DNA from: an uncultured cyanobacterium
GTDB taxonomy: Bacteria > Cyanobacteriota > Cyanobacteriia > CAKZMO01
Assembly (NCBI GenBank): GCA_963719515.1
Contig: CAVRCJ010000008.1
Span: 32,001-96,000, forward strand
DNA length: 64,000 nucleotides
Direction of reading: 5' to 3'
Positions 61,643 through 64,000 of this stretch are shown piece after piece; the stretch's first letter is position 1, and the number at the start of each line of letters is the position of its first letter. Under the pieces are notes generated by a model. It saw only the letters and a list, made by a program, of their open reading frames with translations, ran no database searches and had not been told where the DNA came from. The translations under genes and the position numbers were made by a program.

Positions 61643-62554
61643 ATGCCGCTCAAGACTGCCGCTGATATCCCCTCATCTGAATCCTCTGATACGGTATCTC
61701 GCTCCCGTCGGGCGGCATTTCGCCCAGCGCCTCCCATTCCTCCGCTAGCTGCGCGGCCCGAGCAATCAGCGACGCAGCCTTCCTCGGATCAAGCCTCAGA
61801 GTCGGCGCGAGGCTCAGAAGAGCGGCCCGCATCTCGGCAGGCGGCTCAACCGGTCATTCGCCTAGAGCAAGTCACCAAAACCTACGCCAACGGCAGCCTG
61901 GCGCTCAATAACGTCAACTGGCAAATCCGCAAAGGAGACTTTTGGTTCGTTACCGGACCCTCCGGGGCCGGAAAGTCTACCCTGCTGAAGCTGCTCTACG
62001 GCGCTGAGCAATGCTGCAGCGGCAACATCACCGTCAATGACCAATCTGTGTGCGGTCTTCGGGGCAACCGGCTATCGAAGCTGCGCCGGCAGATCGGCGT
62101 TGTCTTTCAAGATTACAAGCTAATTTCCCGGCGCACGGTGTCTGAAAACGTGGCGTTTGTACTGTGGGCGCAGGGCTTTACCCGCAAAGAGATCCGGCGG
62201 CGGCTGGTGCCTACTCTAAAAATGGTGGGCCTGCAGGATAAAGCAGACTGCTTTCCTCACGAGCTGTCGGGGGGCGAACAGCAGCGGGTGAGCATTGCCC
62301 GCGCCATCGTCAACACGCCATCCGTACTGCTGGCGGATGAGCCGACGGGTAATTTAGACGCCTACAACTCCTGGCAGGTGGTCAAAATTCTCAAGAAGCT
62401 GAATGCGGTAGGCATCACGGTGATTATTACGACCCACGATGAGCATTTGGTGCGCCTATCGGATTTCCCCGTGATGCAGCTGCGGGACGGGCGACTACAT
62501 CAGATGCGCGATTGGGAGATTGGCCGCAGTCAGTCAGCGCCGTTGTCAATATAA
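61643..62554 (+). CDS. ftsE: Cell division ATP-binding protein FtsE (with low-complexity N-terminal extension)
   Basis: [45 protein letters not shown]. Confidence 0.88.
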   Translation: MPLKTAADIPSSESSDTVSRSRRAAFRPAPPIPPLAARPEQSATQPSSDQASESARGSEERPASRQAAQPVIRLEQVTKTYANGSLALNNVNWQIRKGDFWFVTGPSGAGKSTLLKLLYGAEQCCSGNITVNDQSVCGLRGNRLSKLRRQIGVVFQDYKLISRRTVSENVAFVLWAQGFTRKEIRRRLVPTLKMVGLQDKADCFPHELSGGEQQRVSIARAIVNTPSVLLADEPTGNLDAYNSWQVVKILKKLNAVGITVIITTHDEHLVRLSDFPVMQLRDGRLHQMRDWEIGRSQSAPLSI

Positions 62555-62615
62555 ATGCGATACGGACTGCGGCTAGGGTCAAAGGGCTGCTGGCCCCTCC
62601 GATGAGCAAATGACC

Positions 62616-63017
62616 CTACCGGAGGCGATCGCGCAGTCGATTCAGGTGGTCGGTGGAGCTAATGGGCGATCGCGGCTGGGGAAGGTCAAAGTTTGGCCAG
62701 GTGGGCAGGTCGTTGCAGGGACAGGTTGGGGCTCCGATACCTACGGTTGCCGCTGGGACAGGCATCTCGCAGCGGGCGCAGGACTTAATATCCCAGGTCT
62801 CGCTGAGTAGATCGGCAACAGTTTGATCCGTGCCGTCTAGGTAACAGGTGTCTTTTGAAGCCAGTGCCGTTTGCCAAAGCGCCTCAAAGGCGTCACTGTA
62901 GCGATCGCCAGAGAACACCGGCTCCGGGCGATCGCAGTCGCCTTGAGGAGAGGTGATTCCCTTACCAGCCTGGAACCAGTAGGCCAAATATTTGCGGACG
63001 TCTTGTTCAGTCGCCAT
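62616..63017 (-). CDS. Conserved cyanobacterial hypothetical protein
   Basis: VRKYLAYWFQ.GK, GDRYS, CYL.GTDQT, CARC.MP. Confidence 0.8.
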   Translation of the reverse strand: MATEQDVRKYLAYWFQAGKGITSPQGDCDRPEPVFSGDRYSDAFEALWQTALASKDTCYLDGTDQTVADLLSETWDIKSCARCEMPVPAATVGIGAPTCPCNDLPTWPNFDLPQPRSPISSTDHLNRLRDRLR

Positions 63018-63181
63018 AGTCAGTCATCGTAGTATGGTTCTAGGAAACGTGGTGCGAACTTCTGATGCGTGCCTTCTACAATCCTAAGCATAAGTCTTAG
63101 ATTTATTGTCAGGTCCACAGGAACTCTGCAGATTTAAGCTAACTTACTGCTACCCTGACAGGTGTAGCGTGGAGTAAGCCT

Positions 63182-63640
63182 ATGCCCCTGCTGTTGATTG
63201 CGGCGCTTGTCGTGGCGTTTCTCGCCGTTGTGTTTGCCTTGCAAAACTCGATTCCTGTGGAGGTCAGCCTGGGAATTTGGCAGTTTGAGGCGTCGCTGGC
63301 TATCATTTTGCTGGTTACGCTGGCGCTGGGCTTTTTCGTAGGGCTGTGCGTTGCCGTGCCCTCTTTGATTCGGCGCAATCTGCGTATCTCTCGCCAAAAG
63401 AAGCAGATTGCTCAGCTGCAAAGCGAGCTGGTGGACGCTAAGACTTCTGCCCCCAGCGAGTTTCCTGCCTCACCGATGCTGATGCCGTCCACATCGCCGC
63501 GCGCCGAAGAGCGCAGTACGACTACCCTACGAGATGCTCGGGCAACGGATATGAGAGATTCAGAGCGGGGATCAACTTGGGAGGATGCTTCCACGGATGC
63601 TCCGATTGATGATCCAGCGGGTTCCCAGGGCTACTCTTAG
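63182..63640 (+). CDS. LapA/DUF1049 family membrane protein
   Basis: VFALQN, two TM helices, short coiled coil. Confidence 0.82.
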   Translation: MPLLLIAALVVAFLAVVFALQNSIPVEVSLGIWQFEASLAIILLVTLALGFFVGLCVAVPSLIRRNLRISRQKKQIAQLQSELVDAKTSAPSEFPASPMLMPSTSPRAEERSTTTLRDARATDMRDSERGSTWEDASTDAPIDDPAGSQGYS

Positions 63641-63852
63641 CCGTTTTAGTCGGGCAGTCTATGCTGTATGCAAAAAATTGAACCGCTGCAGCGTCAGGAT
63701 TTGGAGGTGATGTGCAATAGTTGTTGAAGGCATACCAATGTTGAAGGCGTACGAATTACGTAGACTTTTTAGAGCTTGACTGGGCTCTCAAGTCATTCAG
63801 CCTTTAGGGTCCACTTCACACGGCCAGCTAGCTGAGAATAGGAGTTTCCGAT

Positions 63853-64000
63853 ATGGCTTTAGATCAACTCAAGGCGTTTCTGAAGAAGATGCAGTCTGAG
63901 CCTGCGCTTAAGAGTGAGGTGCTTGCAGCATCAACTGCGGATGATATTGCGCGAATAGCGCTAAAGCTTGGTTATGAATTTTCAGGCGATGAATTATTGA
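63853..64000 (+). CDS. Nif11-like leader peptide family protein (truncated by window end)
   Basis: Own translation MALDQLKAFLKKMQSEPALKSEVLAASTADDIARIALKLGYEFSGDELL...; GGAG RBS; not in the ORF track. Confidence 0.82.
   Translation, partial: MALDQLKAFLKKMQSEPALKSEVLAASTADDIARIALKLGYEFSGDELL

Overview
A chromosomal window from a filamentous, probably motile cyanobacterium. HIP1 GCGATCGC sites occur throughout, and the window holds psbA, sigA, the complete hmp/pil chemotaxis-like locus and pilMNOQ. Most of it is core genome: sulfotransferases, a PII paralogue, dppC, psbA, a pentapeptide-repeat gene, DICT-HD, a Slr0320-like radical SAM enzyme, RsbW/RsbU-like (HmpW/HmpU) genes, tilS, hmpF-hmpA..E, tsaC, GH116, sigA, pilMNOQ, HU, cobD, purH, a phosphorylase-kinase-like GH15, WecB/TagA, ftsE and a truncated Nif11-type precursor. 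One accessory island follows psbA (~9.65-14.4 kb). It holds an MmeI-like type IIL restriction-modification gene cleanly split by an IS630 element (TA duplication, A_AAA_AAG frameshift), a REP doublet, and a small unknown gene behind a five-hairpin leader that hides its ribosome-binding site. The most striking unexplained signal is an intergenic ~445-nt segment (38739-39183). It has its own sigma70-like promoter and folds by eye into a closed multi-domain RNA rich in G-U pairs that matches none of the standard RNAs I can recognise, so it is a candidate large structured ncRNA. All calls come from reading motifs by eye; no database searches were run.
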